From contig CP089276.1 of the NCBI GenBank assembly GCA_023920165.1, forward strand, positions 1,488,001 to 1,552,000: a stretch of DNA of 64,000 nucleotides, given 5' to 3'. Made by a program: the position numbers and the translations under genes. Positions 38,065-49,333 of the stretch are shown here, piece by piece (the stretch's first letter is position 1; each line of letters begins with the position of its first letter). The notes under the pieces were generated by a model, which searched no databases, was not told where the DNA came from, and was given only the letters and a program-made list of their open reading frames with translations. Source of the stretch: Curvularia clavata (Eukaryota).

Positions 38065-39150
38065 CTAGAGGGAGTTCTCCATTTGAACGAGCTCTTCAAA
38101 GGCATCTCGCCACTTGCGGGTCTCTTCCTTGGAGGGCCTGGGCAGAGGCTTGCGAGCATATCCTCCGTAGCCATAGTGTGCCATGAGACCAGCTTTGGTG
38201 CCGATGATGCCGCCTTGAATGGCTGCCCAGTCGCCTCTGGCCACAACGGCCTGGAGTTTTCGTGCTTCGGCGAGATGGCCGGCCTCAAACAACTCGATGA
38301 GTTTGACGCATGTCTTGGGTGCAATATTTGCCATACCACCAATGATACCGGATCCGCCTCCGACAAGTGTCTGGAGAGTGAAATCGACAGATCCACCCAT
38401 GCACATGAAGCCGGATCCAGGGTCTGAGACGGTAGCAGCGCGGGTCGCTGATGCAATGCGGTTCAGTTTTCCAGTGTTACCGCAGGTCAGTTTGCAGCCG
38501 ACAATGTTGGGATGCTGAGCCAACTCAATGATGACATCCGAGTTGAGATCGAGGCCAGAAACGGCGCCGGGGTAGTTGTAGATGAGAATTGGAATAGGAG
38601 AAGCAGTGGCTACATCGCGGAAGAATTCTTTTACAGTGTCCTTGGAAAACAGGCCCTGATAGTATGCTGGTGGAAGTACCAAAGCGTAGTCTCCGCCAGC
38701 AGAGGCTGCCTCTTCACAGAGCTCAATGCACTCGCGAGTCGACTGAGCACCACATCCGACAATGACAGGCATGTAGCCAAAACCTGCGTCATCGAGGGCT
38801 TTGCGGGTGGTACTGGTAATGAGGTCACGCTCCTTGTGTGACAGATGGACGGCTTCGCCATTGGATCCTTGAGTGGTGATGCCAGCAACCCCAGCTTTTG
38901 CAAGACGGACAGCGTGACTAGCTACGGTCTCGACATCTACATTGTCTGTAGTGGGCTCGAAGAATGCCACGGTAGGAACGTAGATGCCGGGAACCAGCGC
39001 CCGCCGGATGCCAACGTCATTGGAAGTCATGGAGCTGGTGTCAAAGTCGTTGTAGTGGTTGCTTGAGTAGACGGATTGCACAGGATGATGGTAAACAGAG
39101 TCTTGGGTAAAGCTATTGGCAGGGGAAGGTGCGTCGTGGTGTGGTGACAT
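38065..39150 (-). CDS. DHDPS/N-acetylneuraminate lyase family class I aldolase (related to fungal L-threo-3-deoxy-hexulosonate aldolases)
   Basis: 'PGIYVPTVAFF', 'QGSNGEAVHL', 'LVLPPAYY', 'IYNYPG', Schiff-base Lys in 'HPNIVGCKLTCGNTGKL'. Intronless. Confidence 0.9.
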   Translation of the reverse strand: MSPHHDAPSPANSFTQDSVYHHPVQSVYSSNHYNDFDTSSMTSNDVGIRRALVPGIYVPTVAFFEPTTDNVDVETVASHAVRLAKAGVAGITTQGSNGEAVHLSHKERDLITSTTRKALDDAGFGYMPVIVGCGAQSTRECIELCEEAASAGGDYALVLPPAYYQGLFSKDTVKEFFRDVATASPIPILIYNYPGAVSGLDLNSDVIIELAQHPNIVGCKLTCGNTGKLNRIASATRAATVSDPGSGFMCMGGSVDFTLQTLVGGGSGIIGGMANIAPKTCVKLIELFEAGHLAEARKLQAVVARGDWAAIQGGIIGTKAGLMAHYGYGGYARKPLPRPSKEETRKWRDAFEELVQMENSL

Positions 39151-42100
39151 GGTAACAAAGCTTTTGGGTATGGAGGTGTAGTAGGCTTTTATGCTAACAC
39201 AGGCTCGGAGAGAAGAGCGAAACTTTTCAATAAAGAACTAAAGATATGGTCGAAGGAAAAAATGGGACGAATACGTCAATAGGTGATTGATGTTTGGTAA
39301 ATCCTGGGATAGCGCAGGTACTTAAATGTTGCCAGGCCGAAGCTGCCCTGGCGCCTTCGACCGTGCCATGATGAGCGTGGGGGTCCAGCTGACGGCGTCG
39401 TCAGGACTGCAGGCATATCAGGGAGTGTGAGAAAGGCGCGTCCGAGAGGGATGGACCGGGGTTTCGGTGAAGAGCAAAGGGGCGGTGACAGGCTACGCCT
39501 GTAGGAGACGCAGCTGGTCTGCACATAGCCGATGCCAGGCACCGCTGCTGGGGCTTACAGTGGCATCCAATGGACACAGGTAGCATTACCGATTGAAGCG
39601 GCGGTTGCTTTTTGGCTCGGGTTGCAGCAGGCGGACAGGGGGGTCGGGAGGCTGTAGAGTTCGGATCGTGGCCGGATGTGAAAGGCAAGGGGGGGACAAG
39701 GCCTTGTGACGATCTCCTGGGAACCCTTGGGAGCAAGGTGATAGGCCAATTGGCCGCCATGGCTGGCACCATACGAAGGGTTGGCGGGATCAAAGGAGCG
39801 TTGCTGGAGACCGTTCGGGCGAGTTAGTGTGGGGGTGGGGGAATCGTGGCAGTCCGGTGTAAATGGATGCGTGGAGCGGCCCAGTGTCTTCACATCATCT
39901 GATTGCGCTCTGGCCCGCTGTGCCCCTCGTGGTTCCAGTCGGTCCAGCCGCCGTCATGGTTCGGCGACCATTTGGGACGTGCAGCAGAGGTATGCAAAGG
40001 GAGAGAGAGAATTGAAGGATTTCCAGCAATGATGCAAGACGTGGCAGATGCGTACTATGTTGTCACAAGACCATGCGGCATCAGCCCGGATAGTGGTAAT
40101 AATCCACATACCACCATGGCCTCCAAACCTAGCGGAACAAGCGGGCGTATCAAACCAGTGTCTCCTGGTTGCAGAACCTGCCAAGATGACGACGATCGAT
40201 GGAGGTGATGGCGGTCGTGGTTATCACCCCCACGCCCATGATGCGTGGAGGGCCAGTTCAGGCCCGAGCTTCAGCACTCGGAGCCTCTCCACCACCGCCA
40301 TGTACGACGGGCACAACGCTAACATGACTAGCAGCACAGCACCCATTTTTCAAGGCCTGGGGAAATTGAGTCCTTGCCCAGGCCAATCACGGCTACCAAC
40401 GTGGTTCTACGGACGTGCACAAGGCACGAGGTGAGGTGCCGAGCGAGCTTCGGCATCTACTCCAGCGGTGTACAAGGCCCTTGGACATGGCTTTGATATT
40501 GCTTTTCCTCTCTCGTATCACTGGCGCCAGACGACACGGGGGCTTGTCAGGCCTGAGACGCCTCTCCGTGGTACCTGATCCTCCATGGTGGACCGGTGTA
40601 TCGCTGGCCCCCCCACGCACTGCCGTGACCAGTCGCTTACGCCGATAATGGCAATCAAAAGGGGCCTCCGAAGATTTCTCTCGCGCGAACCTCACAGCTT
40701 GGGCAGGCCTGAACGACAAAGTGCCCTGGGGTGGTGCATGGTCAGCGTGCAGCAACACATCACTCGGTGCTGCTGTCTACATACATGACAAGCCGTCATG
40801 GTGGTACGAGAAACTGCGCATTTTTAATCCACTACGCTGCAAGTTGCTTGCTAGTTCTTACGTAGTCGATATACGTGGGTCTCTTGACCTTGACCCGTCC
40901 GGGGCGCAAGAACAAGTGCAAAAGAGAAACCCCATCACGCCTCGATACACGACACAGCCTCGCTCGGAGGCCCAGCCGAGCACAAGGCCTGGGCCTAACG
41001 ACTGCTGGCAGGATGCAACCACCAAAGGCCGACGCTATTACCCCACAATTTGGCGATCCCCGACTCTGGTTCCCCGCCTTCTTACCACGTTGGAACACTC
41101 GCCGCACACGTTGACCTTGCCGCCGCACCAGACTTCTGACTCGCATACCGTCCGCAAGCTTTCTCTGCCATCTGTCTTGTCCTCGTGTCCCGCCATTCTA
41201 TGCATTGAGACCCTCGACTATGCACCTCGCCCCGGGAACGTCCGTCTTGATGGTGCCCAAGCCTGGCCAAAAGCCATCAGCTGAACCCTTTCCACCGACT
41301 GGCCTTGGACGGAGCTTCTTTTTTTTCCCCTGCAAACACTCCTCCAGGTCAGCCACAGCCAAGCCCAGGCAAGGGACCTCCCTGTACAGTACAAGCACAA
41401 TCACAAACGGTAGCCGCTCACAAGACATCCAGCGTATGCCACAGCGGAGATAGCGCTAAGGAGGGGCAGGGTAAGGGATCATTACCTCAGATCATGCGGG
41501 GCACATGCACCGTTGTGAAGCCAGACCGTTGCCGCCTCGCACGCCTATGGTGATCGGAAAGCAAACATGGCGTCTCGTCCAGCCGACGGCATCCATACTT
41601 GCTTCGCAGAAAACATTTTAACCCTCGTCATCATGATGACATGGCCAATTGACCATTTGCCACGGAGTTTCCAGAGCCCCCCTCCATCGAACGCAACGCT
41701 CAATGTTAACAGACACAGCGACGCCATGTTCGTAAGCAATCAGGAAGAAGCGCGGATATACCCAACACACAAGCGCACACGCTTATCGTAAATCCGCGTG
41801 GCCTCGGGTAATACTAACAGCCGCAAAGACTACGTTGCTCTAAATTTGCCGCCATATTTCGCCCTCCCCGTGGTTTGTCGATCCATTGTCATGACTATCC
41901 GTGGGGGTTGATTGCCATTCAACATCCAGATTAGGGGGAACGGCAGTTGTTCGAATAGCTTGTTTGCCACTCCACCTCATGTGTTACACGAGCCTCAACC
42001 TTTTTTTAAAAAAAAATGAGTTGATCGAGTGGGATGCTTTGTCATGTCCAGCGCGGGATGCCGAGTATACCCAGACACTCCCCACTGCTTCTCTCAACAA

Positions 42101-45100
42101 TTTATCACAAAATGCGGCGAGAATTCCCTGACGGGTATAACATGTCTCCATCTTGAAAACTTTATAGCGGCACTTGGCAATAGACGAACGGTATCATGCT
42201 ACGCTGCGCAGCATCCAGAACCGATGAGCGCGGGATGAGCTGGAGATGAATTGTCCCAACAAAATCTTGGTCGGTGTCTTCGACTCTGAGACATACGTTT
42301 TTGTATAACTTGCGGCAATTGAAATCACGTGCGGCACAGCGAGAACATTAGTTTCTGTTGCCAAACTACACAACTCCAGACATTGTACAAGTAAGAGTCG
42401 ACTGATAGTAGAGCAACAATACGAATTGAGCTTCGGCGCATCTCAAACCGAGCGTCGAGGCGTTGTATCTTGCGATGACTTGCATACGGGAATGGGGCAG
42501 TGTTCAATATACCAACCCTTTTCGTTGCCATGTAAGCGAATACTTGCAACGTCTTACTCTACATTCGGCAAAGCTTTCCATTTCATAGACACATCAAAAC
42601 TTTGATACCCCGTTAGTTGCTGAGTGGCGCTTGCGCGTAAGCCACAGATCTGCAATATCCGATCACAGCGGCAAATACGGAGCGTAGTCACATCCGGCCA
42701 TGTATCGGCGTCAGTGGCTGCGCGTATACGGCGCATGTCTGCAGCATGCGCCAAGTATAGTACACGTGCATCGCAGATGCTCAACAGATCGTACCGTCTT
42801 ATTCTGGCCTAGAGACGATGCTGGCTACGTCTGCGACCACGGAAGCATTTCTTGATTTCGCCAAAATACCCCTGCGTCTCCCGAAGTAGCATTGTCGAAT
42901 TTGGGAGGCTGCCGTATGCGCTCGTCTGTACTCATCTGTACAATTTTGAGGAATTCGGGTGCGTGAGAGCGACAGGAACGTGTTATCTGTTCGCTATCGT
43001 TCTTCGAAAGCAAGCTGTTCCTTTCTCGGCAGGTTCAAAGCTTATCCGGATTCAGTACAACCTACTTACCTCTCTACCTTTCTGGTATCTCGTTTCGTCA
43101 CACAACATCAGAACCACATTCAATGAAGCCTCTCCAACAAGAAAAACCCCTCATCACCACCTCTCACCCGAGGCCACCTGTCACCCGACCTAGCAACTCC
43201 ATGCCTCCAACATTCTTCTGATCAAGGCATCTATTCGTATGTCCGCGGCCCTCTGCCCCTCCTCCCCCTCCACAGCGCCTTGCATACAACCGGTAGCCTA
43301 CATGTAAAAGCATGTGTCCCCTTCGGTCCGAAAACCATTGCAGATCTTCCACCAATGCCATTCCAAATATACCGGCTCGGCAAGCGTACCCATCCCCTTG
43401 CTTCCCTGCTCCGAACTACTCTATATACAGCTTTTCTTGCAAAACCTCGTCTCGCTCGCTCGCTTGCTCCATGTAGGCTTGGCGAACGCCTGGTTACCCC
43501 AACAAATTCCTGTCCATTTGTGGTGTTTTTCTTTTCCTTGTTCATGCATGGCTTTTTGTGGGGTAAGCAGATGTGGATGTTTGGCGCTCGTATTGCCTTG
43601 TTGGGTAACGCGGCGTTTTCTTGGGTAGAGGAGGATTATTGAGCGGCTGGCTCGCGTACGGGATATGGCGTTTTCACGTGCTGGCGCATCAGACTATCTG
43701 GGTTTGAGAGGATCGCCGTGCTGCCGAGCGAGTGGTTTTGCCAACGCCGTTCCAGTTTCTGGTGTTGGATGCCACTGATCCTGAACTTTCGTATGCACTT
43801 GAGTTTTGGCTGCTGTCCTCGATCTCGAACCATGCTTTCCCCCTTCTTGATAAGTCAGCAAGTCTATTCGCACTCAAATTCTCGAACATTTCTCTCTATG
43901 CAACAAATCATTTCCTCCTCCATCTTTTTCGTCGGTTCAAGAAACCCTACACTCGTCATCGCTCCCCTGAATCGCCGCATACCCTTTCCAGCCCCAAGAT
44001 CTCCGATCCTCCTACTCCCCCTGTCCCCAGGCCCAAAAAGGCATTTAACTAGCCTCATTCCCTGAGCATCATTGACTACCCACTCGATTCGTCGTCACAG
44101 CAAGATATCTCACATATACACACGAGAAGCTAGTCTGAAAGAAGGGCATCAATAAGCTTTACGATATCCCGTCTATACTTCATCATGAATGGGGTTGGGA
44201 AGCTGACCAACACGCGAAAAGATACGAATTCGATATTTCATCAATGGACACCTTGCTACCAACACTAACAAGTGCCCTAAACTCATCTTCTTTGACGTAC
44301 CTTCCACGCCGCTTCTTTTCCTTTTAGATCTAGGTGCCACCAACTTCCGTCACATCTCGTATCCCCTTCACCGGAAAAACTGTTTGCAGAAACACTGAGG
44401 AAAGAACCAGCGGTGTTCGTACGCCTACGCCCACGCCCGGCATCTCCCACCCTCTTTTCTTTCCCGCTCCCACGCTCCGTCAGGTCCGCCCTGCTCAGCT
44501 CTCGATCTCACTAGTCGACGGCTCAATAAGCAAGGATGGCAAAATTTATCTCATCTGCCCTGAATACGTAGCGTGCGTGGGGGTTGCGTCCACGATATAG
44601 TGCCGAAGTGAGACCGTACAACAACAACAACCCCAACCCGAGCACCCGCCCTCCCCCTGGTCTCCCCCGGGCTGCGTAAATTAAGTTTCTTTTCTGGTGC
44701 TGTCTTGCGAGATGGGTGGATAACAGCGTCATCTTAACGTCATCGTCTCAGAGTTTCCAATTCCTGGACTTGCGTGGTAAGGAAGGCTGGTCGGTAGCGT
44801 GACAAGCCAGGGTTCTCAATGGTAGACAGGGAAGGTGTTGCGATGTGATGCTTTCTTTTCAAGAGTCAAAATGCGGTATTTTTCCAAGGGGCTTCTTTTT
44901 TGAACAGGATTAGTTGGAAGGGGTGAGAAAAAAACTGCTAATCAGATGTCTAGGGAAAACAAGGAGTTTGTGCTCATAGTTCATCATTGTTTGATGTATC
45001 CTCAGAGTGCATTGCTTTCTCACGAATAGCTCTGCGTCAACGGCACCTATTTGATTGGAATAAATTGCTCATATTATCGAAAAACACGAGGTGTGAAACA

Positions 45101-46084
45101 CCCGTTTTGTATCTCAGCCTTCGTGGTGGACTTTCTGCGGCTCGGAAGCTTAAGTCGTCTCCGATTTTGATGGTTCGTTCGGGCTACAAAGATATGGGGA
45201 GTGTGCTTGAGTGGGAAACTTTCGATGAGAATTGCGATGGTGCTGTGAAGAAGGATTGGTAGCGTGTTCCTCGTGGTAGGTAGTATGAAGTCGATAGTAA
45301 AGGCGTGTAAGAAGACTTAGATTTTAGTGGGTTTGAGTGATAGCAGGAATCTGAGAGTTTGCGGATTCGCGAGGCAATTGGTCAAGAGATGCTGGTTCGA
45401 ACTGCACCAGTGTGGCTTCTGGGACTGTTATGAATCAGTTTCAGGGACCCTGGCTTTCTTCGCTTCAGGGGTGTTCCATAGCTCATCTGGTTGATGAAGA
45501 AGCCCATATTGTACATGATGGGTCATTGCTCATTACATCGTATTAGCAGCTCCTATAGCTTACCCTCAGTGCTTTCACCGGAAGTTCTCGCATTCTGGGA
45601 AGAATTTAATCCGTCAAAAGCCCAGTTGTTCAACTCACCATATTGCCCCCATTAAAGTCTGTCTCTATGAGCTGGAAAGATTGCTCACAGAAGCTCTGGG
45701 CCAGAGTATCTAGTTCGAAAGAAATCTTCGTGTATCCAGTCGCACCTGTACCCAAACAACATGCTACACCAAGTACTCGTGAGTTTCTTCATCTCTTTTT
45801 TCTGTTCGGTTTGTAATAGAGAGGGTTTTTACAAGTGATTTTGACGAAACCAAGCGGTTGGCATCTCCACCGAATACGTAAGTAGACTTTGTACACTCGG
45901 ACTCGGACTCTCTGCTACACAGACACATGGGCACAGAGACACAACTACACATTCACAATCACATACGCGAGTTACAAATGAACAAGAACTCAGAAAGTGA
46001 CAAAAGTTTCATCTCTCATTCGGACATAACATCCTCTACACTAATCCCTCTCCATTCCCACGGCTCCTTCAACTCAACCTCAAC

Positions 46085-47237
46085 TTAACACTTCGAGTTT
46101 GTCTGCGTAGCCAAGCCCAACTTCCAGGGGAGCGCATTATACGAGCCGCTAGCATTGGGATCGATTCCCTGGTACAAGAAGCGCATACCACAAGGCTTAA
46201 TCTCCAAATTCTGATCCACATTTGTCCTGACCAGCTCTCCGTGGGACAAGCTGCTCGACCACTTTCCAGCCGGGAACACAGTATTGGCCTCACCCAGGAA
46301 AGGATGCTGCTGGGTAGCAGCAAGCGCCGTCCACTTGTCACTAGAGAGCGAGTTTGTGGTCCATGAGCGGAAGTAGCGCAGACCGCCGGGCGAGTTGCCG
46401 GTGCCGATGCATTCGACGACGAGGAGGTAGGTCGATGTGCCTGCGACGCGGTAGACGAGGGAGGCTTCGAAGAGGTCGTTCTTAGCGGCCGACATGGTGA
46501 TGACGGGCTCGCTCATTCCCTTGGGGAACTGAGAGATTGAGGTTTGACTGCGGTAGAGGCGGCCGTTGTCGTCGGACGAGTAGAGATGGCAGAGGGCGGT
46601 GTCGCAGATGACCCACATGTCGACCCAGTAGCCGGTGCTGCCGAGACCATTCTGGATCGTCTGGGGGGTACCGTTGGGGTAGAAGACTTGGGGCGCGGTC
46701 CAGCCTTTGGGGTTGGAAATATCGGGGTTCGTGCTGTAGGCTGCGTTGCCGTTTTGGTAGATGAGGTACCAGAGCTTTTGGGGAGCGAAGTAGACTTGTC
46801 AAATGTTAGTTTAAACTCTTCTCACTTTTTCTTGTGTCTGTGTATGGATTGGGGTAGGTAAGGATATGGGTATACGTACAAACTTCAGGGGCAGCACGGT
46901 ATCCTGTTCCAATACCCGACTGATCAAGGTAGTAGAACGGCGCCTGGTTGGCCTTGTTGAAATCGGTAAAGTTGAAGTAGACAAGGTTGTAACCAGATTC
47001 TACGGCCGTGCTGGCGAAGACATGGTACACGCCGTCCTTTTGGACGATGGACGGGTCCTTGATACCCGCAATGTTGCGGCTGTCTTTCTTGGGCGAGACA
47101 ATCGCACCGCTTGAGGACCAGGTGAAGGAGCTGGGGAGACCGCTTTGGCGCGAGAGCACAGAGTTTACGTCCAGAGGGATGTTGCGGGCAAAGGCGCCAG
47201 CTGCAAAGGCAGCGGCCGCGACAAGCAAGGAACGCAT
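46085..47237 (-). CDS. GH62 alpha-L-arabinofuranosidase, secreted; intron 46795-46879
   Basis: Signal peptide MRSLLVAAAAFAAGAFA, 'LPSSFTWSSSG', 'IKDPSIV', 'YRAAPEV/FYFAP', 'WVICD…LYSSDDNG', 'LFEASLVY', 'SHGELVR', 'YNALPWKLG'. Confidence 0.95.
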
Positions 47238-47249
47238 CGCTGCTTTGGG

Positions 47250-47375
47250 CTTCTGGGGCACAATGGAGTCCAGCGTCGTTATCGTTATTGGGACAATGCA
47301 GGCATTGTTTATATACTCGTCCAGCCTGCGCCCAAAAAAGCTGGGGAAGGTTCCATGTGGGTCATCCGGGGATTT
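47250..47375 (-). promoter_or_regulatory. GH62 promoter: TATA box and candidate CreA (SYGGRG) sites
   Basis: TATATAAA on the minus strand near 47308-47315, and CTGGGG/CCGGGG hexamers at ~47253, 47341 and 47367. Short motifs like these can occur by chance. Confidence 0.4.
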
Positions 47376-49333
47376 AGCTCCACTGTAAAATGGGGCAATC
47401 TATCTGCGGTACTTTAGATGTATAGTTTTTCCGTCTTTGCAGTCTAAACTGATTCCCTTTTCTAGCATCGTGTGCCTGCATGTGACGAGCGCTAAGTATG
47501 TTTAGGCTGTTGTTTGCCTTGGTGCACTGGTCGATAACCGGTCACTTCATCCTAGACTGTGATCAGAGTCAAGATGCTTTTTGGCATTTGAGGTGCTTTT
47601 GACATGGGCTACTGGACGGAACTTCATTAGTGATTGAAGCAACTTGGGCAATGTAATTCAGTCTTGGCTTGCGGCTTAGTAGCTGTCAAGTATTATTACT
47701 TTAAAGTGCTGTTGATTCTTAGTAGAACGGTGTTATAGGCAGGGCAGAAGGTGGTGGAGGCTCAAAAGCGATTTCTCTACATATTAGCTTTCCTGAACAG
47801 TGCTAGACTGAATAAATTCCCTGCCAGTGATCCATGCTCGGTACTTTAGCCTACTGCCATTCGTTGTGTCAATCGCCATGTACCTGGACACGCAGATTGC
47901 AGTTCGTAGCGGCTGTTGCAGATGACACATAATGCTGATTACGAAGATTAATAGCAATTGCATTTCTGATTCTCTGCACCTTTGACTTATCGTCAGTATC
48001 TTTGATGTATTATTGTAGCTTTCTTTCCCCGCGTTGATATTTGGACCACCGGGCCGATCACAGAACCCGGGGAAACAAGAAAACCTTGGAACGGAAAAAC
48101 TATCCACAGAGCCGCACTTCATCCGGTGGCTAACAAGTTTGGTGGTCATGAGGGTCCTGTAGTGTACAAGTAAGCGCGCGTCGTCAGGCTTGGTGCAGAC
48201 TGTGGTGGACGTCATGGCTTTCGTCTGGTGTGGCCGTGGGTTCGTTCATCACGTGCTATATGTGTAAGACTTCTTTCTCTATGCTCTGCAATCACATACT
48301 GTCTACTTGCGCATCGGAGGATTCAGTCCAATTGTACTTCACAGTATATATCCTAATCGTTTGTAGTTAGGCTAGTATATTTATACATACACATACGTGT
48401 GGGCACACACCCTTCCACTCAACCAGCGGTATCCATCCCCCCCTATAGACAAGGCTTTCCGTTTTCACGCGAAAATACCTCCTCTTCGATGTCTGAATAC
48501 CCCTCTCTCCTCGCCAAATATCCCAAGTCCATTCCTTACATGGGTGACCCACAGTTAAAAGAAAGGAGAGGGTTTCCCTCATTCTCATTTGAGAGAGGGC
48601 TATAGCCAGCTCACCAACCACCTTGCACACATCAACGAGCAATTAGCAATTGAAGAGTGTGAAAAAGGAACCAAACTTGTTTTCCCAATTTCCGAACGTC
48701 GTCCACCACGCAGATATACAGGACATGATCGTCCTATATCTCTTTTGTTTCAAGAAAAAAATTGGACACACACAGGCAAAGCTTCAAGTCCGTTACCAAC
48801 CAGCCTCCAACCCGGGTATTAGATTTACGTATGAAAAGGCATCAAGAAGGGAGTCTTCCCCTCATGAGCAAAACGCAAGGAAAAGCAGCAGGCACGCAGG
48901 CCCACTAAAAAGACGCAGCAGTGGTATAAACAAAGGAAATAAGGAAAGAAAATGCAAACAAAAGAAGGGAATGCAAGGGGAAAAGTGATAAACAGTGGTG
49001 TCAGATGTCGAAGACATTCAATACATGTGCGAATGATAATTCTAGCACGTAGTATAGTAACAGTGGTAGTAGTAGGGCTATATATAAAGTTAAGCCAAGC
49101 AAGCCCATGCACCAGGCAGGTATTCGTGAATGTAGGAGTCAGAAAACCAGAATGAAAAGTTTTTGGAATCGAGCGCAAAGGGAAGTAGAGACCGGGCCTA
49201 GAAACACGCCAAAGTGAAAAGGTAAAAAAAAAACCAGACACCGAGTCGCTACGCCTAGACGCCGTCGCCAAACGCATGAGAAAGGGAGTCGTGGACACAT
49301 TTACAAGGTGAGGTAGGAGAAAGAAGAAGGCGA

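Noticed and set aside
42001..42016. T7A9 self-complementary run
   Set aside because: Simple homopolymer junction with no flanking TIR or TSD.
38065..47237. Aldolase plus GH62 as a sugar-catabolism cluster
   Set aside because: They are 7 kb apart with no transporter, reductase or regulator between them; co-location is likely incidental.
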